DNA from: Deltaproteobacteria bacterium
Lineage (GTDB): Bacteria; Myxococcota; Kuafuiibacteriia; Kuafuiibacteriales; Kuafuiibacteriaceae
Assembly: GCA_040218735.1 (NCBI GenBank)
Contig: JAVJQW010000058.1
Location: 82,525 to 146,524 of the forward strand
Reading direction: 5' to 3'
Length of the DNA: 64,000 nt
Program-made: the position numbers and the translations under genes
The notes under the pieces: model-generated
Seen by the model: only the letters and a program-made list of their open reading frames with translations
Databases searched by the model: none
Told to the model about the DNA's origin: nothing
Shown here: in pieces, positions 37,002-46,978 of the stretch
How the letters are laid out: each line of letters starts with the position of its first letter
Numbering within the stretch: position 1 is the stretch's first letter

Positions 37002-37820
37002 ATGACGCATCGAATCCGGAGCCGTTCTCTTCGCCGTCGAGCGTGGCCGGTCGTCCTGATTGCGTTCGGACTCTTCGGCCCCGGCGGTGGCGAGCGCGCC
37101 GACGCGCGGCCGCGCAAACGTGTGTCCGTCTGCATCACGAACGGGACGCCGTCGACGGTACGTGAGCTCGCGGTCGTCGGCCGGGAGCTCACGCGGCTGT
37201 CCGCGCTCCAGCTGCATGTCCTCGACACGTGTGATTCGAAGGCGTCGACGAAGCGCCTCACGTCGAGCGGCGAATCGACCGCGGACGGCCTGACGGCCGC
37301 GCTGGGGGGCTGCGACGAAGACGACTTTCGGTGCCGGCGACATCGCTTCGCGGTTGCGCTCCAGGCGGCGGCGGGTGTCCCGGCCGAGCTCTCGTTTCTC
37401 ACCCACGCCGAAGCGCGCGTTCGCGTGGCGATGGCGCTCGAGCGCCGCTACGGTGCGCACCCCACCCGGGGCGCCGCGTTCGTGCGGGGCACCGGGAACG
37501 TCGGCGCGTCGCACGACCTGTGTCCGTCGGGTGCCTTCTACGATCGTGATTGGCGCGGTTGTTTCACGTGCCCACCCCAGACGAAGCGCGGCTTCAGGTC
37601 CGCGTACTCGGACAACGCGTGCCTCGGCGAGGCCGGGATCGAGAGCAACCGTCGAGCCGATCCGGTGCGCGCGCGGTGCGGCTCGGACGAAGCGCTCGAC
37701 GTGGCCTCCGGGCGGTGTGTCTTTCAGGGGGGTCGTTGCCCCGACGGCTACGCCGTGGCGACGCCGACCTGGCCGCTCACCGGCTGCATTCGCCGGGACC
37801 TTCTGATCTCGAATCGGTGA
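37002..37820 (+). CDS. Secreted Cys-rich protein
   Basis: Signal-like N-terminus; CPSGAFYD...CFTCP and CPDGY motifs. Confidence 0.65.
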   Translation: MTHRIRSRSLRRRAWPVVLIAFGLFGPGGGERADARPRKRVSVCITNGTPSTVRELAVVGRELTRLSALQLHVLDTCDSKASTKRLTSSGESTADGLTAALGGCDEDDFRCRRHRFAVALQAAAGVPAELSFLTHAEARVRVAMALERRYGAHPTRGAAFVRGTGNVGASHDLCPSGAFYDRDWRGCFTCPPQTKRGFRSAYSDNACLGEAGIESNRRADPVRARCGSDEALDVASGRCVFQGGRCPDGYAVATPTWPLTGCIRRDLLISNR

Positions 37821-37821
37821 G

Positions 37822-38070
37822 TCAGCGCCGGTCGAGCGCGTTCATGATCAGCGCGACCTGGGCTTCGAGCTTCCACTCGCGGATCGCGAGCACCGCGGAC
37901 GCCAGGCAACCGAGGCCGATGCCCAGCATCAGGAAGGGCATGATGACCGGGAGCTGCTGGCCGACGAGGACCTCGAAGAAGAAGAACAGGACGAGCGCCC
38001 ACCCGAGGCGCAGCCGCTGTACCGGCCAACCCTCGTCCCAACTCCAATTCGAATAATCCCGCGTGCGCAT
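37822..38070 (-). CDS. Small 2-TM membrane protein
   Basis: GGAGGAGG RBS; hydrophobic segments. Confidence 0.65.
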   Translation of the reverse strand: MRTRDYSNWSWDEGWPVQRLRLGWALVLFFFFEVLVGQQLPVIMPFLMLGIGLGCLASAVLAIREWKLEAQVALIMNALDRR

Positions 38071-38184
38071 CGGCGCCCTCCTCCCTGGTCTGATCCTCTA
38101 TTCGGTCAACGAATGCCTCACTTCACATCTTCCCCCTTTGCGGTGTTCGAGAAAAGCGCGGGCGTATGTGATAGACCGACATCC

Positions 38185-39258
38185 ATGGTTTCCGTGGGAT
38201 GGGCGCGCCTCGCGGCCCTCGCTGCGATCCTCGTCACGAGCGCCATCTCGACCGGGTGCGCCACGATGTTCTCCGGCAGCGAGCAGGACATCAGCCTCAA
38301 GGTCTACCCGGAGGACGCGACGACGAAGGTCGACAACGAGCCGGTGGATCCCGGCGCGCTGAAGATGACGCGGGAGAAGCAGCACATCGTCACGATCGAG
38401 AAGCCTGGCTTCGAGACGCGGCGCATCCAGATGAAGCAGGACCTCAACGGGTGGTTCTTCGCGAACATCCTGTGGGGGCCGTTCTTCTGGGTGGGCATGA
38501 TCGTCGACGCCATGACCGGCAGCCTCTACGAGCTGTCGCCGTCGAACGTCACCGTGACGCTGGATCCGGAGGGCAGCCGCCCGGCGGTGGCCTCGTCGCC
38601 CCCGCCGCCGCCGCCTTCGAGCGGGATCTCGTTCGTGACGCCGGGGTCCGGGCCGTCCCTCGACCCGACGGTCAATCAACGCGGGACGGGGATGAACAAG
38701 AAGTCGCCGCCGCCTCCGCCGCCGCCCAAGGCCGATGCGCCGCCCCCCCCGAGCTCGCCGCCGCCCCCCGCGGCGCCGGAGCGCAAGCGCCCGCCGCGAA
38801 CGATGGCCAACGCGACGCAGCAGTCGTGGGTGCTGGCGGTGATGGACTCGCAGATGTCGAGCTCGCAGCGCACGTTCACGAAGGAGACGCTGGTCGCGCT
38901 GACGGATCAGATCCGCGTGTTCCTGGCGTCGCGCGGGATGCGCGTCGTGGACCGCAGCTCGCAGGAGCGGGCGCTCCAGTCGATCGTCGCCGAGGAGAAG
39001 AAGAACAGCTACAAGACCTGCGTCGACTCCAGCTGCCAGATCCCCCTCGGCAAGGCCCTCGCCGCGACCCACATCATGCGCTCCTCGGTCGCCAAGTTCG
39101 GGAACGCCTGCGCGACCAACGGCGAGATGATCGACCTGCGCTCCGAGGTCACCGTCGCCGCCGGCTCCGCGCGCTCCGGCTGCACCGAGGAAGACCTCCT
39201 CTACGCCGCCGAGAGCCTCGCCGAGCAGCTCGTCACCGGCTCCTCCGCCGCCAAGTAG
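38185..39258 (+). CDS. PEGA-like lipoprotein with Pro-rich linker
   Basis: TGCATMFSG lipobox; LNGWFFANI; C-domain CVDSSCQIPLG. Confidence 0.8.
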   Translation: MVSVGWARLAALAAILVTSAISTGCATMFSGSEQDISLKVYPEDATTKVDNEPVDPGALKMTREKQHIVTIEKPGFETRRIQMKQDLNGWFFANILWGPFFWVGMIVDAMTGSLYELSPSNVTVTLDPEGSRPAVASSPPPPPPSSGISFVTPGSGPSLDPTVNQRGTGMNKKSPPPPPPPKADAPPPPSSPPPPAAPERKRPPRTMANATQQSWVLAVMDSQMSSSQRTFTKETLVALTDQIRVFLASRGMRVVDRSSQERALQSIVAEEKKNSYKTCVDSSCQIPLGKALAATHIMRSSVAKFGNACATNGEMIDLRSEVTVAAGSARSGCTEEDLLYAAESLAEQLVTGSSAAK

Positions 39259-39268
39259 TCCAGGCCTG

Positions 39269-39434
39269 GGCCGGCAGGCGAGCTTGCCTCGCCGATAACC
39301 GGCAGTCCGCCCGATAACCGGCAGTCCGGGCAAGGAGCGCAGCGACGCGCAGCGGCGCGCAGCGCCGCGGAGGCCGGCAGGCGAGCTTGCCTCGCCGATA
39401 ACCGGCAAGTCCGGCCGATAACCGGCAGACCGGG
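39269..39434. repeat. Intergenic REP-like direct repeat (2 x about 60 bp; 4 x CCGATAACCGGCA)
   Basis: GGCCGGCAGGCGAGCTTGCCTCGCCGATAACCGGCA at about 39269 and 39372. Confidence 0.85.
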
Positions 39435-39483
39435 GGCAAAGATTGGACCCAATCCCAGGTCGGGGGTAGCGTGGTCGCCGACC

Positions 39484-40821
39484 TTGTTGCGGCGAGCTCG
39501 CTCAGCAGTGCGCCTCGCGTTGGTGGTGGCGTTCTTCGCGCTGCCCTCGTCGGCGCGCGCGGACCTCTTCCTCCCGGTGGGGGATGGAACCGTGCAACCT
39601 GAGTTGCACCGCGGGATCATCCTCGACAGCGGCCGCGTCGAGACGTTGCTCTTCGAGCTGCGTGTGCGCTCGTCCTCGTCGCGCTTCGTCTGGCTGCGTC
39701 CGTTCGAGAACGAGCCGAAGGAGGTCGAGGTGCCCGAGGCCCCCTTCGCCTTCCTCGACCGCGCCACGACCATCCACGCCCCCTACAACGAGCTGATCCG
39801 CGACGACCTCTTCGGCCCCTCCGTCGTCTCCGTCCTGATCGACCGCCTCTTCCGCGGCCCGCCGCCGCCGCCGCCCCCGCCGGACGTCGACGCCCGCAGC
39901 CTCCAGATCGAGAGCACGCGGCTCCTCACCGGGCAGGTCACGAGCTCCACGATCACCTACGAGCTCATCCTCCCGGAGTCCGTCGACACGTACCTTCGCA
40001 CCCAAGGCGTCGAGCTCGACCAGGAGCAGATCCGCGCGATCGCGGTGACGCTCAACTCCGGCGGCGTCCTGATGGCGAGCGTCGTCGAGGACGCCGCGCC
40101 CAACGAGGACCGCCCCGCGCGCCTCGGGCCGCTCGCCTTCGCGTACGCGCCGGGCCACCCCGCGTACCCGCTCGTCCAGCGCTCCGGTCGCAACGTCAAC
40201 GCGCAGCGCTTCGACCTCTACCTGATCTCCTCCGTCGCGCGCGTCTCGAGCGCCCACGAGACGGTCTGGGACGTGCGCCCCTGGGAGCACCTCGAGGCGC
40301 CCGCCGACCAGTTCATCGTCCGCTACAACGCCCCGATCGAGCACAGCAGCCCGATCGGCGTCGAGCTGCTGGAGCGCCAGTCCCTCAACGTCCCATCGGG
40401 CGGGCGCCTGATGAGGATGCAGTACGACAGCCCCGACACCCGCATCGCGACGATGACGTTCGTCGAGGCGCGCAACCCCGTCGAAATCCCGTCCGGCACG
40501 CAGCGCGGCACCGGGTTCGACCTCTTCCTCTGCATCCTCCTCGGCCTCGCGCCGCTCCTGTACACGCCCGAGTCGTGGTTCCTGCTCTGGTTCGCGAGCC
40601 GGGCCCGCGCGCGCGCGCGGGAGCGAGGGAAGGCCTTCGGCGTCCGCCTGTGGTCCTTCTACGCCATCGCCGTGGGTGTGTACTGGCTGGTCGTGCTGCC
40701 GGACGCCGCGCGCGTCGCGGGCGTCGTCCCGCTGTTGATCGGGATCGTTCAGATCGCCCTGCCCTACACCGAGCGGGATCCCAACCCCGTCCGCGCGCAG
40801 TTCAAGAAGAAGAAGAAGTAG
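39484..40821 (+). CDS. Secreted/membrane protein, DUF2330-like
   Basis: Signal peptide; FVWLRP...F.FLDRAT; YLR..G; C-terminal TMs. Confidence 0.65.
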   Translation: MLRRARSAVRLALVVAFFALPSSARADLFLPVGDGTVQPELHRGIILDSGRVETLLFELRVRSSSSRFVWLRPFENEPKEVEVPEAPFAFLDRATTIHAPYNELIRDDLFGPSVVSVLIDRLFRGPPPPPPPPDVDARSLQIESTRLLTGQVTSSTITYELILPESVDTYLRTQGVELDQEQIRAIAVTLNSGGVLMASVVEDAAPNEDRPARLGPLAFAYAPGHPAYPLVQRSGRNVNAQRFDLYLISSVARVSSAHETVWDVRPWEHLEAPADQFIVRYNAPIEHSSPIGVELLERQSLNVPSGGRLMRMQYDSPDTRIATMTFVEARNPVEIPSGTQRGTGFDLFLCILLGLAPLLYTPESWFLLWFASRARARARERGKAFGVRLWSFYAIAVGVYWLVVLPDAARVAGVVPLLIGIVQIALPYTERDPNPVRAQFKKKKK

Positions 40822-40866
40822 CGCCCGGCTCCTCGGTCGTTTGTCCGGTCTTACGATCATCGGCCC

Positions 40867-42105
40867 TTGGCCGATCCCGGCATTCGGGGACAACTGGCGA
40901 CGTTGGTTTCGAACGTCTCCATCCGTGGCTTCGAACCGGCCCACCTCCCCGTCGAACCTCGCTTTCGCCCGCGCTCCGACGCGACGGGCCTGCGCGCGTT
41001 CGTCCGCCGCGTCGTCGACGAGCGGAACCTCTACGGCAACCTCGCCTTCGCCGAGACCTGCGAGAGCCTCGCGCTGATCCACCGCGCGCTCCCGGTCGGT
41101 CCCAAGGATCGCGTCGCCGGGGTGACGTCGAGCGGCGACGTCCTCCTGTCGATGGTCGCGCGCGGCGCGAAGGTCATCGGCTTCGACGCCAACCCCGCGC
41201 AGACCGCGCTCGCCCACCTGAAGCTCGCGGCGATCCAGCAGCTCGACGTCGATGCCTACCTCGGCCTCATGGGCATCACCGACGCGCCCGATCGAACGCA
41301 GGTGTTCGACCGCGTCAGCCGCGCGATGGCGACCGCGCAGCGCGCCGCGATGTTGTCCCGCCGCGACTGGGTCGCCGACGGCGTCCTCAACCGCGGCATG
41401 ACGCACAAGATCATCCGCGCGATGGTGAAGAGCTTCGCGCGCGTCGCTCCGGCGGAGAGCCTCGACCTCTTCCTCGGTCATCGCGGCACCCCCGAGGAGC
41501 GTAGCCGCGTCTTCGACGAAGTGCTCGCGCGCCCCGTCGTTCGCCTCGCGCTCGCGCCGCTGTTGCGTCGCTTCAACTCGCAGCTGAAGTGGCTCTTCTT
41601 CCCGCACCGCATCTGCCGCGTGTCGACGGTGCCCGACGACATGATCGCCGAGTTCTTCGAGACGTTCCGCCCGTTGTTCGTGCGCGGCGCGAAGGACAAC
41701 CCGGTGCTGTGCCGCTCCGCGACGGGGCTCGTGCACCGCGAGTGGCGCACGTTCCTCTACGACGACGAGATCTTCCAGCGCGTCCGCGACGCGAAGGAGC
41801 AGATCTCGATGACCACCCGCGAGATCACCGAAGGCCTCGAGCTCCTCCCCGAGGGGTGGGCGACGGCGATCTACCTGTCGAACGTCCCGGACTACCTCAC
41901 ACCCGAGGGCCTCGACGCGCTGACCGCCGCGCTGAAACACGCCGGCGCGCCCGGCGCGCGTGTGTTGTACTTCTCGCTGTGTGACGAGGACCGGCTCGGC
42001 GAACGCGTCGGCCCGCGCCTCCCGCGCGAGGAGCACGCCGCCCTCTACGCGCAGGACAACGTGCACATCTACCCGTCGATCGAAGTGCGTAGGATCGATC
42101 GGTGA
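40867..42105 (+). CDS. BtaA/DUF3419-like SAM-dependent transferase (start uncertain)
   Basis: DRVAGVTSSGD, FDANPAQTALAHLKLAAI, YLSNVPDY. Confidence 0.85.
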   Translation: MADPGIRGQLATLVSNVSIRGFEPAHLPVEPRFRPRSDATGLRAFVRRVVDERNLYGNLAFAETCESLALIHRALPVGPKDRVAGVTSSGDVLLSMVARGAKVIGFDANPAQTALAHLKLAAIQQLDVDAYLGLMGITDAPDRTQVFDRVSRAMATAQRAAMLSRRDWVADGVLNRGMTHKIIRAMVKSFARVAPAESLDLFLGHRGTPEERSRVFDEVLARPVVRLALAPLLRRFNSQLKWLFFPHRICRVSTVPDDMIAEFFETFRPLFVRGAKDNPVLCRSATGLVHREWRTFLYDDEIFQRVRDAKEQISMTTREITEGLELLPEGWATAIYLSNVPDYLTPEGLDALTAALKHAGAPGARVLYFSLCDEDRLGERVGPRLPREEHAALYAQDNVHIYPSIEVRRIDR

Positions 42106-43442
42106 CCACGAAGCAGGTCGCGCTCGTCTCTCCGGCCCCGCGGTACTTCGGGCCACTTCGCCAGCGTCGGGATCCGTTCTCGCGCCTCCGCCGTCTGCCG
42201 CGCCTCGCGCTGCTCGCGCTGGAGTCGGTGACGCCGCCCGAGTGGGACGTCACGATCGTCGACGAGCGTGTCCAAGCGTTCGACCCCGACGCGATCGAGG
42301 CACCGATCGTCGGCATCACCACGATGACGTACATGGCGCCCCGCGCGTTCGAGATGGCGCGGCTCCTCAAGATGCGCGGCAAGACCGTGGTGCTCGGCGG
42401 TTACTTCCCGACGCTGTCGCCGAACCTCGCGCTCGCCGAGGACGCCGTCGACGCAATCGTCGTCGGTCGCGGCGAAGACGCCTGGCCGCGCCTCCTCGCC
42501 GACTTCGAAGCGGGCCGGCTCCAGTCCGTCTACGACGTCCCGTTCGGACAGGACGGCTTCAAGCTCCGCTCCTACAACCACCACCTCACCGCGCCGCGCG
42601 ACGGCTACAACGGTTGGCTCACGCAGGTGCAGGCCGGGCTCGGCTGCAAGTTCCGTTGCAGCTTCTGTGTCATCCCCGGCTTCCACCGCGACCAGGTCGC
42701 GCTGCGGGACCTCGACGATCTCGTCGACGAGGTCGCCCGCGCACCGACGCGCCGGGTGCTCTTCATCGACGACAACCTCCTCAATCGCCCCGCGTACCTT
42801 CACGCGCTGTGTGATCGTCTGCGGCCGCTCGGCAAGGAGTGGATCGCGCAGGTGTCGATGGACATCGGCACCCAACCGAAGCTCATCGAGAAGATGGCGA
42901 AGGCCGGCTGCGGCTGGCTCAACGTCGGCGTCGAGAGCATCCACAGCGCGACGCTCGACGCGCAGTCGAAGTGGCAGAACGACACGCGCCGCTACCTGAA
43001 GACCCTCGACCGCTTCCGCGACCACGGCATCAGCGTGAGCGCCGGGATGGTGCTCGGCTTCCCGACGGAGCCCCGCGACGTCTTCGACCTGACCGGTGAG
43101 TTCCTCGACAAGGCGGCGATCGACATCACCGTCTTCCACCTCTACACGCCCTACCCGGGCACCCGCGCACACGCGGAGTACGAGGCGGCGGGGCGCCTGC
43201 TGACGAACGACCTGGAGCTGTACGACACGTATCACCCGATCGTCCGCCCCGAGAACTACGACCCCGCGGAGCTCGTCGAGAAGATGGAGTGGCTCGAGGA
43301 GCGCTTCTATCGCCCGCGTCGTGTGCTCGGGCGCGCCGCGCGCGGCTTCGGGCGAGGCGGTGCGTACGGCCTCGTGCGTACGCTCGCGACGGGCGTCGAG
43401 GGTTACGTGAACCTGCGGCAGGGCCTGCCGCTGCATCCGTGA
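42102..43442 (+). CDS. B12-binding radical SAM protein
   Basis: VGIT..VVLGG cobalamin domain; GCKFRCSFC; FIDDN; GVES; TPYPGT. Confidence 0.93.
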   Translation: MTTKQVALVSPAPRYFGPLRQRRDPFSRLRRLPRLALLALESVTPPEWDVTIVDERVQAFDPDAIEAPIVGITTMTYMAPRAFEMARLLKMRGKTVVLGGYFPTLSPNLALAEDAVDAIVVGRGEDAWPRLLADFEAGRLQSVYDVPFGQDGFKLRSYNHHLTAPRDGYNGWLTQVQAGLGCKFRCSFCVIPGFHRDQVALRDLDDLVDEVARAPTRRVLFIDDNLLNRPAYLHALCDRLRPLGKEWIAQVSMDIGTQPKLIEKMAKAGCGWLNVGVESIHSATLDAQSKWQNDTRRYLKTLDRFRDHGISVSAGMVLGFPTEPRDVFDLTGEFLDKAAIDITVFHLYTPYPGTRAHAEYEAAGRLLTNDLELYDTYHPIVRPENYDPAELVEKMEWLEERFYRPRRVLGRAARGFGRGGAYGLVRTLATGVEGYVNLRQGLPLHP

Positions 43443-43470
43443 GCGCGCGCGACCGCCGGAGATCTGTCTG

Positions 43471-44634
43471 ATGCGGATCCGAAGTGGGTTGTCGACCGTC
43501 GCGAGCCTCCGCCTCGCGCCGGTGCACGCGGGCGTCTCCGACGACCTCGAAGTGCTCATGTCGGCGGTGGGCTCGATCCCCGGTCGACGTTACCTGTGCC
43601 TCTCCGCCCACGGCGCCGGTGAAGCCGCGCTCTGCCTCGCCGCGGCTGGCGCCGATCAGGTCCTCGCATTCGACGTCGGCGATACGAGCGCGCTCGAACA
43701 CCTCGTCACCTTGAAGCTCACGGCGGCGCACCTCTTCGGCCGTGAGGACTACCTCGCGTTGATGGGTTTGCGCGCGGCGTCGCGGTTGAGGCGCGTCGCG
43801 CTCGTCGACCAGCTCCTGCGCGGGCTCCCCGGGCACGAGCAACCGTACTGGCGCGCGCGTCGTCGGCTGCTGCTGAACGGCCTCTTCCGCGCGGACCGCG
43901 TCGGGCTGTTCTTCGAAGGATTCCTCGCTGCGTTGCGGGTGCTCGGTTCGCGGGCGACCGTCGACGCGATCCTCTTCGGCGCCACCGAGGTGGATCGGCT
44001 CGACGCCTTCCGTTCGATCGCGGATCGCTCCTGGCTGCGCGGCGCGCTGGCCCGGGTCGGGGAACGCGTGAACCTGTTCTTCCCGGACGCGGAGTGGTCG
44101 GCGTCCGAGTATCCGAAGGCCTTCAACCGCGATCCGCTCGCGTACCTCGAGCGCCTCGTCGCGGCCGGCCTCGGCGACAACCCGCTGTTCGCGCACCACG
44201 TCCGCGGCGGCGCCACGCTCACGGAGGCGCTGCTCCCGCCGCACCTCCGTCCGGTCGTCTACGACGGCCTGCGCGGCGCGGCGCCGCGGGTTCGTGTGGT
44301 GCGTACGGCGTTCGAGCGCTACGAGGTCCCGGCGCCGGCGTCCGGCGCGTACCTGTCGAACACGATCGACTTCCTCCACGCGGCGGAGCGCGTGGCCCTA
44401 TTCGCGGCCCTCCACGAACGCCTCGAACCGGGCGCGCCGGTGCTGGTCTATTCGAACGAAGACTTCGACAAGGTACCTGACGACGGGCGATTCACGCAGG
44501 ACGTCGACGCTTCGGAGCGTCTGGCTCGAAAGGACCGCGCAAAGATCTACCGCCGCGTCGCGCTCTATCGTAGGTCGGGCACGCCCGCGGAGGACGACGA
44601 CGCGCGGGCGACGCGACTGAGGATCGTGGAGTGA
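43471..44634 (+). CDS. Second, divergent BtaA/DUF3419-like protein
   Basis: GAGEAAL..VLAFD..LVTLKL..YLALMG; DNP; YLSNTIDF. Confidence 0.75.
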   Translation: MRIRSGLSTVASLRLAPVHAGVSDDLEVLMSAVGSIPGRRYLCLSAHGAGEAALCLAAAGADQVLAFDVGDTSALEHLVTLKLTAAHLFGREDYLALMGLRAASRLRRVALVDQLLRGLPGHEQPYWRARRRLLLNGLFRADRVGLFFEGFLAALRVLGSRATVDAILFGATEVDRLDAFRSIADRSWLRGALARVGERVNLFFPDAEWSASEYPKAFNRDPLAYLERLVAAGLGDNPLFAHHVRGGATLTEALLPPHLRPVVYDGLRGAAPRVRVVRTAFERYEVPAPASGAYLSNTIDFLHAAERVALFAALHERLEPGAPVLVYSNEDFDKVPDDGRFTQDVDASERLARKDRAKIYRRVALYRRSGTPAEDDDARATRLRIVE

Positions 44635-46934
44635 CCGTGTTTCGGGGGCAGGACTACTCGCGCTTCGTCGCGAGGATCGCGGAGCGTTGCATCGAGCGCC
44701 CGTTTCGCACGCTCGCGATCGCGTTCGTCATCCTCGCCCTCGCGGTGCTGAGCGCGCTCCGGCTGCAGATCGATCCGAGCCCCGAGGCCTACCTCGAAGG
44801 CACCGAGGCCTGGGACTTCTACCGGACGATCGACGAGCGCTACGAGATCGGCGAGACGGTCGTGGTCGCGCTGCGCGAGCGGGGCGGCACGGTGTTCGAC
44901 GTCGAGACCGTCACCGCCGTCGCCGAGCTCGACCGCGTGCTCACGCAGATGTCGGAGGTCGAGCGGGTCCTGTCGCTCGCCACCGCGACGACGCTGGAGC
45001 GCAAGGGCGACGTCATCGACCTCAGCCCGATCCTCGACTCCGACCACGTCACGCAGGGCAGCGCGCTCGACCTCGGCGATCGCATCGCCAAACACGCCGT
45101 CTACAGCCAGGTGCTCGTCGACCGGCGCCACGAGACCACCTTCCTGTTCGTCCAGCTCGTCACCGCCGACCGCGACCCGGTGAAGCGGCTCGAGACCGTG
45201 CGCAAGATCCGCGAGGAGGTCGAACGTTTCCGCTCCAAACATCGCACCGTTCACCTCGCCGGATCCGCGGTCACGAAGGAGGCGATCGCCGCCGGCGTCC
45301 AGCACGACACACTCCTCTTCTTCCCCGCCGCCATCGCGCTGCTCACGGTGTTGATGTGGTTCATGTTCGGCGACGTCGTGTTCAGCCTCGTCCCGCTCGG
45401 GATCGTGGGTTACGCGTCGGTGCTCGTGGTCGGCGTGCTCGCCGCGCTGGACGTGCCGATCAACATGGCGACCGCGACGGTGCCGACGATCATCCTCGTC
45501 ATCGGCCTCGCCGACAGCGTGCACTTCCTCGCCGAGCTCAAACGCCAGTACGCGCGCACCGGTGACGCCCACGCGTCGCTGCTCGCGACGGTCGAAGCGA
45601 TCGCGTTGCCGTGCCTGCTCACCACCGCGACTTCGGCGGTCGGGTTCTTTGCGCTGGTCACGAGCCGGGTCGGACCGCTGCGGCAGTTCGGGTACGCGAC
45701 GGCGATCGGTCTGCTCGTCGCGTACCTCACCTCGATGTGGCTGACGCCGGTGGTGCTGCACCTCGTGAACCGACCGAAGGGGCGTCGCACTTCCTTCCCC
45801 GCCGCGCCGCTGCTCGGGGATCGGATCGGACGCTTCGCAATGGCGGCGCGCGCGCGGCTGCCCGCCACACTCGCGGTGACCGGGTTGCTCTTCGGCGCGA
45901 GCGTCGCGGCGATGTCCGGCTTGCCGATCGACTCGGACTTCGTCGGGTACCTCGACGAGGACCACCGCCTCCGCGAGGACATCGCGATCATCGAGAAGAC
46001 ACTCGGCGGCGCCGACGTCATCGAGGTGATCCTCGACGCCGACGACACCGGCCTCTTCCGCACACCGGAAGGGCTGCAGCTCCTCGACACCCTCGGTGAC
46101 GACCTCGCGAACTTCGAGGGGGTCTCGCGGGTGTTCAGCCTCGCCGACTACCTCCGCCTCGCCAACGCGGTGATCAACGAGGTCCCCGCGGACGAGGAGG
46201 CGCCGCTCCCCGACACCACCGAGGCCATCGCGCAGCTCGAGCTGCTCGACCCCGTCGCCTTCGCGACGCTCAGTAACGACGACCAGTCGCAGGCCCGCCT
46301 GTCGATGCAGATCCGCACGCTATCGAGCGAGCAGGTGCTGCACCTCGCGGAGCTCCTGCGGCAGACCGCCGAGATCGACCTGAAGGACGCCCCGGTGCGG
46401 GCCACCTTCACCGGCCTGCCGCCGCTGTTCGCGCAGATCGTGAAGAACCTCGTGGAGGACGCCGCGGGGAGCTTCGGGATCGCGGCGCTCCTGATCTTCT
46501 TCGCGATGCTCGTGGGGCTGAAGAGCCCCACCCTTGCAGCGATCTCGATGGTACCCAACATCCTGACCGTCGGTCTGACGTTCGGGACGATGGCGCTCCT
46601 CGGCCTGTCCTTCGACACGAACAGCGCGTTCGTGGCCTGCCTGGGGATCGGGATCGCCGTCGACGACACGATCCACATCGCCGCCCGCTACCAGCGCGCC
46701 GTGGACGAGGGCGCTCCGACGCCGCAGAAGGCCCTCGCGTACGCGATTACGCACGCGGGGCACCCCGTCGTGCTCACCTCGCTGCTGCTCGCGGTGGGGT
46801 TCTCGGTGCTGTGCCTGTCGTCGTTCTCGCCGACGTTCCGAGTGGGTCTGTTGTCCGCGATTCTCGTTGGATACGCCGTCGCGCTCGACCTGCTCCTGCT
46901 GCCGGTCCTGCTGTTGGTCGTGGATCGCCGTTGA
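44631..46934 (+). CDS. MMPL/RND-family transporter
   Basis: Two TM repeats; IGLADSVH, LTTATSAVGF, GIAVDDTIH. Confidence 0.92.
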   Translation: MTVFRGQDYSRFVARIAERCIERPFRTLAIAFVILALAVLSALRLQIDPSPEAYLEGTEAWDFYRTIDERYEIGETVVVALRERGGTVFDVETVTAVAELDRVLTQMSEVERVLSLATATTLERKGDVIDLSPILDSDHVTQGSALDLGDRIAKHAVYSQVLVDRRHETTFLFVQLVTADRDPVKRLETVRKIREEVERFRSKHRTVHLAGSAVTKEAIAAGVQHDTLLFFPAAIALLTVLMWFMFGDVVFSLVPLGIVGYASVLVVGVLAALDVPINMATATVPTIILVIGLADSVHFLAELKRQYARTGDAHASLLATVEAIALPCLLTTATSAVGFFALVTSRVGPLRQFGYATAIGLLVAYLTSMWLTPVVLHLVNRPKGRRTSFPAAPLLGDRIGRFAMAARARLPATLAVTGLLFGASVAAMSGLPIDSDFVGYLDEDHRLREDIAIIEKTLGGADVIEVILDADDTGLFRTPEGLQLLDTLGDDLANFEGVSRVFSLADYLRLANAVINEVPADEEAPLPDTTEAIAQLELLDPVAFATLSNDDQSQARLSMQIRTLSSEQVLHLAELLRQTAEIDLKDAPVRATFTGLPPLFAQIVKNLVEDAAGSFGIAALLIFFAMLVGLKSPTLAAISMVPNILTVGLTFGTMALLGLSFDTNSAFVACLGIGIAVDDTIHIAARYQRAVDEGAPTPQKALAYAITHAGHPVVLTSLLLAVGFSVLCLSSFSPTFRVGLLSAILVGYAVALDLLLLPVLLLVVDRR

Positions 46935-46978
46935 TCGCTTGCACTCGGGCCCGCTCGGCGCGACTGTAGGGCCCGACG

